Below are positions 24,235 to 31,672 of a stretch of DNA of 32,000 nucleotides, one piece after another. The notes beneath the pieces were generated by a model that searched no databases, was not told the DNA's origin, and saw only the letters and a list, made by a program, of their open reading frames with translations. A program made the position numbers and the translations under genes. The DNA is from Candidatus Parvarchaeum sp. (lineage in GTDB: Archaea; Nanobdellota; Nanobdellia; Pacearchaeales; GW2011-AR1), in contig DYFY01000004.1 in NCBI GenBank assembly GCA_020724955.1, positions 34,051-66,050 on the forward strand, given 5' to 3'. Position 1 is the stretch's first letter; each line of letters opens with the position of its first letter.

Positions 24235-24501
24235 TCAACCATAAACTTTATCATGGTGATCAAAATCATCAAATTTTATCAAATTATTTTTCTTATCATA
24301 CTGAAACACCAAAACAAAATGCCCTATATGGACCCTCTTTGAGTCCTTCATATTATATTTTAAATTCTTATAATGCTCTACATCCCCCGAATTAGTAATT
24401 TCTTCGATTTTTTTCATGACCTGCTCATATAAAACCCGGTTCTTTTTGAACATTTTTTTCAAAATTCTAGTTAAATTTTCAGAAAATTCATAAGAATACA
24501 T
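24235..24501 (-). CDS. RelE/ParE-superfamily type II toxin
   Basis: The 88-aa protein has the RelE-like layout: Y.FSENLTRILKKMFKKNRVLYEQVMKKIEEI ... KRVHIGHFVLVFQYDKKNNLIKFDDFDHHDKVY. Its start overlaps the upstream antitoxin stop. GAGGT lies upstream. Confidence 0.6.
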   Translation of the reverse strand: MYSYEFSENLTRILKKMFKKNRVLYEQVMKKIEEITNSGDVEHYKNLKYNMKDSKRVHIGHFVLVFQYDKKNNLIKFDDFDHHDKVYG

Positions 24502-24743
24502 CAGCCAACCTCTATCTGCTTTCTTAACTCTTTAACATCTTTAAATTTAACATACTTTCCTTTTCTAATCTTTTCTAATTTATTCAAATACTCCGGTCTT
24601 AACTGTGGCTCAAGAAAGTTGTCTTCGTAAACCTTCGTAATCAAAGATATAGCCTCGCTCTTGGTCTTAAAACCATGCTTAGCCTTCACTATGTTAATCA
24701 CCCTATCCTCTCGCTCTCCAATATCGATAACATTCTGAACCAT
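24501..24743 (-). CDS. Putative antitoxin (80 aa) of the RelE-like toxin
   Basis: A small protein encoded immediately upstream of the toxin with a 1-nt stop/start overlap. The N-terminal half looks DNA-binding (VINIVKAKHGFKTKSEAISLITKVYEDNF). The family was not identified by eye. Confidence 0.5.
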   Translation of the reverse strand: MVQNVIDIGEREDRVINIVKAKHGFKTKSEAISLITKVYEDNFLEPQLRPEYLNKLEKIRKGKYVKFKDVKELRKQIEVG

Positions 24744-24746
24744 TTT

Positions 24747-24778
24747 ATTATCTCAAATTATCTTACATTATCTCAAAT
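24747..24778. promoter_or_regulatory. Two perfect 12-bp direct repeats ATTATCTCAAAT (24747-24758 and 24767-24778), a candidate operator of the toxin-antitoxin operon
   Basis: The repeats are spaced 20 bp start to start. They lie between a TATA-like gtttaaatac on the minus strand (about 24785-24795) and the antitoxin ATG at 24743. Confidence 0.4.
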
Positions 24779-24803
24779 AATTTAAGTATTTAAACCTGCC
24801 CCT

Positions 24804-25388
24804 TCAAACATCCTTCCAGCTAACCCCGAGCCTCGCCCCTTTCCTAACCATCTCAACAGCTTGCCTAATTCTCTTCTCCCGTGTTTCAGCTCTTTTAGCA
24901 CTCAATATCCATCGATAAAAAGCCCGTTTATATGAAGGCGCCAATTTAACAAAAGATTCCTTCACTTTCTTATTCTTGGCTTTTTCCAACTCCAACGCCA
25001 AATCTTCAGGCATCTCCGGATTCTTCGGAATCCCGTGATCATGTGTCTTCTTAGTCAAACCAAGTTCAAACATCTCCCTCCCAAACTCACTCATCTTTCC
25101 CTGCTTAATCATCTCTCTGGCCCTAGCAAAAGTATTCTCACTCCATCTGCTGTTCTTGCTTCTCTTGACAAAAATAACTCCATATCTCCCGTCATCAATC
25201 CTCTTCAAAGTCGTGTCAATCCAGCCAAAACAAATAGCCTCATTCATAGCCACACTCTGATTAAAGCTCCTCTTTCCAGTATGTTTCTTATACCTAACCA
25301 ACAAAACCCTTTCCTCTTTCTTGTGATTCCTAGCAAGCCAAGCTCTCCAGGATTTAACAGAAAAACACGTTATTGACTTTATTTCCAT
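24804..25388 (-). CDS. YdeI/OmpD-associated family protein (COG4430-like)
   Basis: The pattern is WRAWLARNHKKEERVLLVRYKK ... NEAICFGWIDTTLKRIDDGRYGVIFVKRSKNSRWSE ... FVKLAPSYKRAFYRWILSAKRAETREKRI. This is characteristic of the family. Confidence 0.6.
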   Translation of the reverse strand: MEIKSITCFSVKSWRAWLARNHKKEERVLLVRYKKHTGKRSFNQSVAMNEAICFGWIDTTLKRIDDGRYGVIFVKRSKNSRWSENTFARAREMIKQGKMSEFGREMFELGLTKKTHDHGIPKNPEMPEDLALELEKAKNKKVKESFVKLAPSYKRAFYRWILSAKRAETREKRIRQAVEMVRKGARLGVSWKDV

Positions 25389-25411
25389 AAACCAATAAAA
25401 AAACAGGATAA

Positions 25412-25645
25412 TTAAATGTTCTCAAATTCTTCTCTCTTTTTATTAAACCATGCTTCCATATCTTCTGGACTCTTCATAAGCTCTTTCATTTTTTCCATAG
25501 CCCTAATGTGCTTTTTGTCACCTTTACGAAACATTTCCATGCCATGTTTCTTGCTCATCTCAGCAATTTCCTCAAAACTTTCAGCGCTGAACTCCTTGTC
25601 ACATGCTCCTCCAAGCTGCCTGCAAGTCATTATCTTTTTAGCCAT
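25412..25645 (-). CDS. DUF1059-like small protein
   Basis: MAKKIMTCRQLGGACDKEFSAESFEEIAEMSKKHGMEMF matches the DUF1059 N-terminal pattern (C..lG..Cdf...a.t.eEl......H). The size is 77 aa. Confidence 0.6.
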   Translation of the reverse strand: MAKKIMTCRQLGGACDKEFSAESFEEIAEMSKKHGMEMFRKGDKKHIRAMEKMKELMKSPEDMEAWFNKKREEFENI

Positions 25646-25783
25646 GTTAGACCTTCCCTAAATGTTAAGCCCGATTTATAAAGCTTTAATTAACATAAAA
25701 GTTACTGAAAGTTTAATCCTTATTCCAGGCATCTTCAGTACAAACGCGTTAGGCTAAATGGTTTAGTTTTACGCTAAAACTAA

Positions 25784-25795
25784 GATTTAAAAATC
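25784..25795 (+). promoter_or_regulatory. TATA box (gatttaaaaatc) for the 25815 gene, preceded by a 9-bp-stem palindrome at 25763-25783
   Basis: The TATA centre is about 25 nt upstream of the ATG at 25815. The palindrome TTAGTTTTA-cgc-TAAAACTAA abuts the BRE position. Confidence 0.4.
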
Positions 25796-25814
25796 TGCAT
25801 TAGCTTAAATCATC

Positions 25815-26672
25815 ATGAATCTAAAAAAGAACATTCAAAACCTAAAAACTAACTGGCTTACAATTCTGGCGGTTCTGATTTTATTCCTTTTCTTCTCTGG
25901 ATTCAATTTGAATTCTTTCCCGGAGATTCAAAATTTCCCCGCAGATTCAAGCTCGGCTTTGGGAGTGGCTCGCGGCTTTCCCCCAGGCACTTCAGAAGAT
26001 ATCGCTCCAGACGTGAAAGACAGGATAAAAACATTCTACGCCTATATAGGAATAGAAGTCAGCAAAGGAAAAATACAAGAGGCAACTGACAAAATAAAAT
26101 CAGAGATTAAAAAAACCTCATCTATATTAATAAATGAAAACTTTAACTCTTACAATAACGGGGCAGAAACAATAAAAACAGCGTCTTTCTCAATAAAGGT
26201 CCCTGTCTCAGAATACTCTGACTTCCTAGAGTTCATAAAATCCTCCGGCACTATCGTTTCTCTAACAGAGCAATCAGATGACATTACAGGACATGCAACC
26301 AACTTACAAATAGAGCTAAAAGCAGAGCAAGCAAGACTAGAAAGGCTTGAGTCCTTATACAGCATAGCCAAGACAGCAGAAGAAAAAATTTCTCTAACTG
26401 ACAAAATATTCGAGCAGGAAAGGCGAATTTATTATCTTGAAGAAGCTCTTTCTACTCAAGGCCAAACAATAGATTACGCAACAATATCATTGACAATACA
26501 GGAAAAAGAGTCTCCTTTCAAAAACATCAAGCTGATAACTCTAACCGAATTGCTAAAAAGTTTTATAACCAGCCTGAGTTCTATGATAAGGCTGATAGTG
26601 ATTATAATTCCTTACGCAATAGCTGTCTTCATAATCTGGTTTGTTTATAAAAAACTTAAAAATAGAAAATAA
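25815..26672 (+). CDS. DUF4349-like membrane protein
   Basis: The architecture is an N-terminal TM (WLTILAVLILFLFFSGF), an extracytoplasmic region, a coiled coil (TNLQIELKAEQARLERLESLYSIAKTAEEKISLTDKI), ATISLTIQE and a C-terminal TM (IVIIIPYAIAVFIIWFVY). This is typical of DUF4349. Confidence 0.55.
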   Translation: MNLKKNIQNLKTNWLTILAVLILFLFFSGFNLNSFPEIQNFPADSSSALGVARGFPPGTSEDIAPDVKDRIKTFYAYIGIEVSKGKIQEATDKIKSEIKKTSSILINENFNSYNNGAETIKTASFSIKVPVSEYSDFLEFIKSSGTIVSLTEQSDDITGHATNLQIELKAEQARLERLESLYSIAKTAEEKISLTDKIFEQERRIYYLEEALSTQGQTIDYATISLTIQEKESPFKNIKLITLTELLKSFITSLSSMIRLIVIIIPYAIAVFIIWFVYKKLKNRK

Positions 26673-26682
26673 ATTCACGAGC

Positions 26683-27561
26683 TTAATCAACCCCAGTAGG
26701 GGTTAAAACAATCAAAGAAAACTTATTGTCCGGATTCTCAGAATTCCACCTATCAATATTATCCCTCAAATCATGCTCTGCCCCGTAGACAACAAAAGAA
26801 AATCTTTCTTCGCCAGAATCCACTATATTTAGCAATGCATCTTCCCTTTCATCAAATACTACTTTCTTAAATCTATCACTTTCATGTCCCTCAGCGTTTA
26901 AAGCTTCAAAAGCCATTTCAACAAGATGAGCTTCTTCGGCTTTTCTGACATTTATCTTTCCTTGAGAGCCCAAAACTTTTTCAGATCCAAAATAAAGAAA
27001 ACGTCCTGGATTCGACTCAAGATTCAAATTTATAGTTGGAAAAATTCTTTTTAGAGCCTGACAATCTGCTACCAGGCTTTTAAGAAGAAGTTCTCTGTCA
27101 GGATTGATATCGTATCCTTCAACCCTGAAATCCTTTACTCCATAAAAATCTCTTAAGTCAATCATACAATAGGCAATATTCTTCTGCAAATCAGAAACCC
27201 TGTCAATATGACTAAGAAGAACTCCGTTTACAGCCTCATTAAACTCTCTAAGCTCTTTTTCAGAAAATTCCGAACCATTATTTATTTTATTAAGAGGTTC
27301 GACAATACTTGGCAGATTTTGAAAAGATATATTATGATACTGCCTTATATGAACAATAGCCTGGTCAGCTCCCGGAACTTCGTATTTTACAACTCCAGAA
27401 ATACCAGGAATCATATCCGGAAAACCTCTCAAAAATTGATTAGCTTCGCTAACAACTTCAACTTTCCTCTCAAGGTTATTTGTAGATTCTTCCCTATGAC
27501 ACCCTCCAAAAGTTCCAACTAACCCTAAAATCCCTCCAACAATGACATTATATCTGTTCAT
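26683..27561 (-). CDS. Secreted/lipoprotein-like hypothetical protein (292 aa)
   Basis: Starting at the ATG at 27561 gives MNRYNVIVGGILGLVGTFGGCHRE, a signal sequence plus a Cys. A TATA-like ggtttaaaaac lies about 28 nt upstream on the minus strand. The track's longer start at 27672 would overlap the divergent gene. Confidence 0.5.
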   Translation of the reverse strand: MNRYNVIVGGILGLVGTFGGCHREESTNNLERKVEVVSEANQFLRGFPDMIPGISGVVKYEVPGADQAIVHIRQYHNISFQNLPSIVEPLNKINNGSEFSEKELREFNEAVNGVLLSHIDRVSDLQKNIAYCMIDLRDFYGVKDFRVEGYDINPDRELLLKSLVADCQALKRIFPTINLNLESNPGRFLYFGSEKVLGSQGKINVRKAEEAHLVEMAFEALNAEGHESDRFKKVVFDEREDALLNIVDSGEERFSFVVYGAEHDLRDNIDRWNSENPDNKFSLIVLTPTGVD

Positions 27562-27583
27562 ATAAATTCCCACAAAATCCCAA

Positions 27584-27614
27584 GTTTTTAAACCTTGCCA
27601 AACCTTTAAATATA
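27584..27614. promoter_or_regulatory. Back-to-back divergent TATA boxes (27584-27594 for the minus gene, 27604-27614 for the plus gene)
   Basis: Each box sits 26-28 nt from its ATG, at 27561 on the minus strand and 27635 on the plus strand. Confidence 0.4.
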
Positions 27615-27634
27615 AGTTTAAACTATGTATAAAC

Positions 27635-28411
27635 ATGGAACAGCAATTAAAGGAAGTAAAAAAATGGGGCAATAGCGGAGGAATTCCAACACCTAAAGAA
27701 TGGATAGGAAAGCAGGTAAAAGTAATTCTGGTAGATAGAACTCAAGACATAAAAAAAGAAACTCTCAAAATTCTAGAGCCCTACTTAGAAGACCTACTCG
27801 GAGTCTATCTAGTTGGTAGTCATGCCAGAAAAGAGCAAACAAAAGAATCAGATATAGATATATTGGCCATATCAAAAAATACAAGAAAAACAATAAAATC
27901 CGGAAAATATGAAGTAGAAATAATCCCTCTAAAGCCACTCTTAAATTTACTAAATCAAAATCCAATAAAGATATACCCAAAATTCCTTGAAGCTGTACCA
28001 ATAATAAACAGCTCGCTTTTGGAAGAGATAAAATCAATAAAAATAGACAAAAAATCTCTAAGCCCATTTATAAAAGAATCCTTGGCAATGTTAAAAACAA
28101 ACAAGGAGCTCATAGAAAGAGATAAAAAATCTGGAGATATGCTAAAATCTTATTCTGTGGTTTATTCCTGTCTGTTGAGATTAAAAGCTCTCTATCTGAT
28201 GAACTCAATACTTTCAAAAAAAAAGTATTCAAACAGGAATTTCAGAAAATATCTGCTCTCAAGTCTGAACATAAAGCAAAAACAGCTAAATGAGCTCTAC
28301 TCAATCTACAAAGAGGTATATTTGGGCAAAGCAGTAAAAACAAAAATGCCTCTGTCTTTAGCCGAATCTCTCATTGATCTTCTAGAAAAAGAGCTGAAAA
28401 AAAATGGTTAA
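27635..28411 (+). CDS. AbrB/SpoVT-like domain fused to a minimal nucleotidyltransferase (MNT-type) and a helical C-terminal domain
   Basis: The N-terminus (VKKWGNSGGIPTPKEWIGKQVKVILVD) resembles the swapped-hairpin AbrB/MazE fold. The NTase motif is LGVYLVGSHARKEQTKESDIDILAIS (GS...DxD). The C-terminal roughly 150 aa is helical and has no Rx4-6H HEPN motif. Confidence 0.55.
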   Translation: MEQQLKEVKKWGNSGGIPTPKEWIGKQVKVILVDRTQDIKKETLKILEPYLEDLLGVYLVGSHARKEQTKESDIDILAISKNTRKTIKSGKYEVEIIPLKPLLNLLNQNPIKIYPKFLEAVPIINSSLLEEIKSIKIDKKSLSPFIKESLAMLKTNKELIERDKKSGDMLKSYSVVYSCLLRLKALYLMNSILSKKKYSNRNFRKYLLSSLNIKQKQLNELYSIYKEVYLGKAVKTKMPLSLAESLIDLLEKELKKNG

Positions 28412-28616
28412 AAGAAAAAAAGACTTAAAAGAGGAATAGCCTCCCTGCAAAACCAAATATCGATACATTCAAAAAAGCATAATTTAGCCAATGAGACAAA
28501 TCAGCAAGAACTCGCGGATTATTATCAAAGAGAAATTATAGCTAAAGAAGCTGACTTGGCAAAAAAAGAAAAACAGCTGGAAAAAGATAAATAAAACCTC
28601 TTTTCTTGGTTATAAC

Positions 28617-29225
28617 ATGAAAACCTTATTCCAAGGCGCAGAAGCAACAATTTATCTGGAAAAAAACAAAATACTAAAAACCAGGCTCCCAAAAAAATAC
28701 AGGCATCCTGCTCTGGATAAAAAACTTCGAAACAGAAGAACTAAATCCGAAGCAAGACTTCTCTCAAAAGCTTCTTTGCTTATTCCAGTTCCCCAATTGT
28801 TAGAATCCCAAAAAGATGTTTGCTCAATAGAAATGTCCCACATAAAAGGCAAAAAGCTCTCGCTGCATCTCGAAAAATTAAAAAATTGCCAAAAAATATG
28901 CGAAACCATCGGAAATTCTTTAGCAAAACTGCACGATGCCGGAATAATTCATGGAGATTTAACGACTTCAAACCTCATACTTGCTGACAAAGACAAAAAA
29001 ATATATTTCATTGATTTCGGTCTTGGATTCCACTCAAACAGAGCAGAAGACAAAGCAGTCGATCTTCATCTGATAAAAGAAGCTCTTCATGCAAAACATC
29101 CGAAATTGGCAGACAAAGCATTCTCCGCAGTTTTGCAAGGGTACAAATCTTCAAAAAATTATTCTGAAACCCTAAAACGCCTGCAAAAAGTCGAACAAAG
29201 AGGAAGATATAAAGCACAATATTAA
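28617..29225 (+). CDS. bud32: Bud32 (Kae1-associated kinase, KEOPS subunit), standalone
   Basis: GAEATIYLEKNKILKTRLPKKYRHPALDKKLRNRRTKSEARLL, the catalytic loop HGDLTTSNLIL, then IDFGLG and a C-terminal RGRY. The size is about 200 aa. Confidence 0.8.
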   Translation: MKTLFQGAEATIYLEKNKILKTRLPKKYRHPALDKKLRNRRTKSEARLLSKASLLIPVPQLLESQKDVCSIEMSHIKGKKLSLHLEKLKNCQKICETIGNSLAKLHDAGIIHGDLTTSNLILADKDKKIYFIDFGLGFHSNRAEDKAVDLHLIKEALHAKHPKLADKAFSAVLQGYKSSKNYSETLKRLQKVEQRGRYKAQY

Positions 29226-29232
29226 GAAAACC

Positions 29233-29241
29233 CTTAAAAAG
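29233..29241 (+). promoter_or_regulatory. TATA box (cttaaaaag) for tRNA-Gln
   Basis: The centre is about 27 nt upstream of the tRNA 5' end at 29264. Confidence 0.4.
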
Positions 29242-29263
29242 CTCTTATAGTTCTTATCTCAAT

Positions 29264-29336
29264 AGCCCTATAGTCTAGTGGTCAAGGACGCGAGCCTTTG
29301 GCGCTCGAAACCCCGGTTCGAATCCGGGTAGGGCTA
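29264..29336 (+). tRNA. tRNA-Gln (anticodon TTG)
   Basis: Cloverleaf: AGCCCTA TA GTCT AGTGGTCAA GGAC G CGAGC CTTTGGC GCTCG AAAC CCCGG TTCGAAT CCGGG TAGGGCT A. TTG is at positions 34-36. The A1:U72 pair is typical of archaeal tRNA-Gln. No CCA is encoded. Confidence 0.85.
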
Positions 29337-29749
29337 GTTCTCCTATTAAATTCACGCTCCCATCTCTTAAATCTAGCGCAAGAAAGACAATGAGAAAGAG
29401 ATAGTTTGAATTCTCTCGTTTGCAAAGCCCTAGTCAAATAGTCTAGTAATAAAGGAGCACACTCTCTGATACCTTCAAGTTTCTTCTCGATTCTTTGCTC
29501 AGCCATAATTCGAGCCCTGCGAGTATCTTTATAATGTATAAATGGGGGGCTTAAATGCTGGATTTCATGTGCCAATGTGTAAACCATCTCAGCAGCAGAT
29601 TGATGAGTAGGATTTATCTTAATACGCCATCTATTACTTTCATAGTCTTTTCTTAAAATACTCACTGATCCCATATAAATCATTTTCTCATCAAACTCTA
29701 TTGCCAAGTTTCCTCTTCTAATCATCTGCAATCCTTCGTAAATGCCCAT
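29282..29749 (-). CDS. HExxH motif protein (putative small zinc metallopeptidase); its 3' end runs antisense into tRNA-Gln
   Basis: MVYTLAHEIQHL contains HExxH in a context resembling ImmA/IrrE- or SprT-type peptidases. The ORF has no stop until 29282, so its last roughly 18 codons are antisense to the tRNA (29264-29336). Confidence 0.35.
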   Translation of the reverse strand: MGIYEGLQMIRRGNLAIEFDEKMIYMGSVSILRKDYESNRWRIKINPTHQSAAEMVYTLAHEIQHLSPPFIHYKDTRRARIMAEQRIEKKLEGIRECAPLLLDYLTRALQTREFKLSLSHCLSCARFKRWEREFNRRTSPTRIRTGVSSAKGSRP

Positions 29750-29805
29750 AAATTTAACTAAACCGCAACCCTTTTAAACCTCACCAAACACCTCTTCTGA
29801 TTCAT

Positions 29806-30132
29806 ATGGCAAAAACAAAAACTGACTGGGTTAAAGCGTCTCCAAAAGACGTAGAAAAGAAAATCATAGAGCTCGCCAAACAGGGAATAACTGCTGAGAA
29901 AATAGGGCTTAAGCTTCGGGATGAATTAGGTATTCCGAAAACAAGGCTTCTGGGAATAAAAATAAAAGCCGTTCTCGAGCGTGAAAACCTCTGGAAAAAT
30001 CCTGAAATACATAACATAGAAATGAAAAAAGAAAAAATAGAAAAGCATTTTGAAAAAAACAAACACGACTATAAATCCCAAAGAGAGATAGTGAGGCTGG
30101 TTTCCAGGCTAAATAAATTAAAAAACCAATAA
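29806..30132 (+). CDS. rps15: 30S ribosomal protein S15 (uS15), short form (108 aa)
   Basis: PKDVEKKIIELAKQGITAEKIGLKLRDELGIPKTRLLGIKIKAVLERENL ... KHFEKNKHDYKSQREIVRLVSRLNKL parallels archaeal uS15 (EE.V.LAKEG.S.S.IG..LRD.YGIP.VK...G.KI..IL). A TATA-like cttttaaa lies about 30 nt upstream. Confidence 0.75.
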   Translation: MAKTKTDWVKASPKDVEKKIIELAKQGITAEKIGLKLRDELGIPKTRLLGIKIKAVLERENLWKNPEIHNIEMKKEKIEKHFEKNKHDYKSQREIVRLVSRLNKLKNQ

Positions 30133-30145
30133 GGTTTTATATTAA

Positions 30146-31477
30146 ATGCTAGAAAAAATAAAAGAGGTAGTGAATGAAATCAATGCGTTTGGAAATAAAA
30201 AGCCGATAAAAATAATCAGCCATTTCGATACAGATGGAATAACTTCAGCGGCAATTTTCTCGCGGGCATTGCAGCGCGCAGGAATTAAATTTTCTCTGGA
30301 AATAACAAAAAATCTGACTCCTGAATTTTTGGAAAAACTCCCTGAAGAAAAAAACTTGATTTTCCTTGACCTGGCATCCAACAGCCTGGATTATCTGGCG
30401 AAAAAGAAAACTTCTGTGATTATACTGGATCATCACGAAATATCTCAAAATATCCCTGAGAATGTAACAATGATAAATCCTCAGCTTTTCGGAGAGGAGA
30501 ACTGCTCATCAGCGGCAATCTGTTACCTTTTTGCGAAAACTCTTTCAGAAAAAAACATCGACCTGGCAAACTTGGCGGTTATAGGAATGGTTGGAGATCA
30601 AATGGAAAAAAACCTGACTAAAACATACGATTCCATTCTGAAAGACTCCGAAACGCAGATAAGAAGAGGTCTTTTGCTTTATCCTGCAACAAGGCCATTG
30701 GACAAAGTTCTGGAATACTCTTCCGGAATGTATATCCCTGAAGTCACAGGCTCGTTTCAGGGGGTGATTTCCCTGTTGAGAGAAGCCGGAATAGAAAAGA
30801 CATCTTCCGGATTCAAATCTCTCTCAGAATTGACAGAAGAAGAAATGTCTCGCCTCATAACTTCTATAGTCCTCAAAAAATCCTCGCAAAGCGACAGCCC
30901 GAACATAGTCGGAAATATCTTTCTGACAAAATTTTTCAACAAGATAGAGGATGTAAGAGAAATATCTGCCTTGATAAATGCATGTAGCCGTATGGGCTTC
31001 TCGCAATCGGCGCTCGGATTTTGTCTTGGTAATAAAAATTCAAAAAAAGAAGCTGAAAGAATATACACAAGATACCGGCAGAACATATCATCTGCTCTGA
31101 AATATGTGACTGAAGCAGAAAAAATAATAGGAAAAAATTACACAATTATTAATGCAAGAGACAAAATAAAAGACACAATAATAGGCACCGTAGCTTCCAT
31201 TATGTCTTTTTCCCCCCTTTACCCCAAGGGAACCATCATAATAGGCATGGCCTACGATCAGGATAAAATAAAAATTTCAGCAAGAATCTCAGGAGAGTCG
31301 GAAAAAAACGTCAGGGAAATCCTGCACAGGGCAGTCATTCCTATTTCAGGAGAAGTTGGAGGCCACCCTGCAGCTGCTGGAGCGCTAATTCCAAAAGAAA
31401 AAGAATCTGTCTTCTTGAATGAGTTAAGAAGCATTTTAGACGTTGAAATCGTAAAGCCTCGCTCCACAAATGTTTAA
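30146..31477 (+). CDS. recJ: DHH-family phosphoesterase, archaeal RecJ/Cdc45-like (GAN-like)
   Basis: DHH motifs appear in order: SHFDTDGITSAAIF, ILDHH, GMVGDQM. The DHHA1 motif is GGHPAAAG. The position directly downstream of rps15 is a linkage known from other archaea. Confidence 0.75.
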   Translation: MLEKIKEVVNEINAFGNKKPIKIISHFDTDGITSAAIFSRALQRAGIKFSLEITKNLTPEFLEKLPEEKNLIFLDLASNSLDYLAKKKTSVIILDHHEISQNIPENVTMINPQLFGEENCSSAAICYLFAKTLSEKNIDLANLAVIGMVGDQMEKNLTKTYDSILKDSETQIRRGLLLYPATRPLDKVLEYSSGMYIPEVTGSFQGVISLLREAGIEKTSSGFKSLSELTEEEMSRLITSIVLKKSSQSDSPNIVGNIFLTKFFNKIEDVREISALINACSRMGFSQSALGFCLGNKNSKKEAERIYTRYRQNISSALKYVTEAEKIIGKNYTIINARDKIKDTIIGTVASIMSFSPLYPKGTIIIGMAYDQDKIKISARISGESEKNVREILHRAVIPISGEVGGHPAAAGALIPKEKESVFLNELRSILDVEIVKPRSTNV

Positions 31478-31501
31478 AAGTGGGAATTTCAATAGCTTAA
31501 A

Positions 31502-31672
31502 ATGATAGAAAGCAAATTCCTGAGGATATTTTGTCCAAGATGTAAGAAAGAGCACACAGTTTTCGGAAAATCATCCACTAGAATAAAATGTTTTAAATGT
31601 AATAAGCTACTGGTTGAAACAACTGGAGGAAAAACAAAAATTAAAGCCCCGATTAAGGAAATATTAAAATGA
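31502..31672 (+). CDS. rps27e: 30S ribosomal protein S27e (eS27), 56 aa; not in the ORF track because it is under 60 aa
   Basis: My translation is MIESKFLRIFCPRCKKEHTVFGKSSTRIKCFKCNKLLVETTGGKTKIKAPIKEILK. It has a C-x2-C-x14-C-x2-C zinc ribbon and the eS27 TGGK motif. The stop overlaps the next ATG (ATGA). Confidence 0.8.
   Translation: MIESKFLRIFCPRCKKEHTVFGKSSTRIKCFKCNKLLVETTGGKTKIKAPIKEILK

Noticed and set aside
26683-27672. The track's long version (329 aa) of the minus-strand protein.
   Set aside because: The first 37 codons would overlap the divergent 27635 gene and both TATA boxes. The ATG at 27561 gives a proper signal peptide and has a TATA at leaderless spacing.
30722-30730. A third occurrence of the IS-end core TCCGGAATG.
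   Set aside because: It is a single copy with no inverted partner or flanking duplication. It is in frame inside the well-supported RecJ-like CDS, so coincidence is likely.
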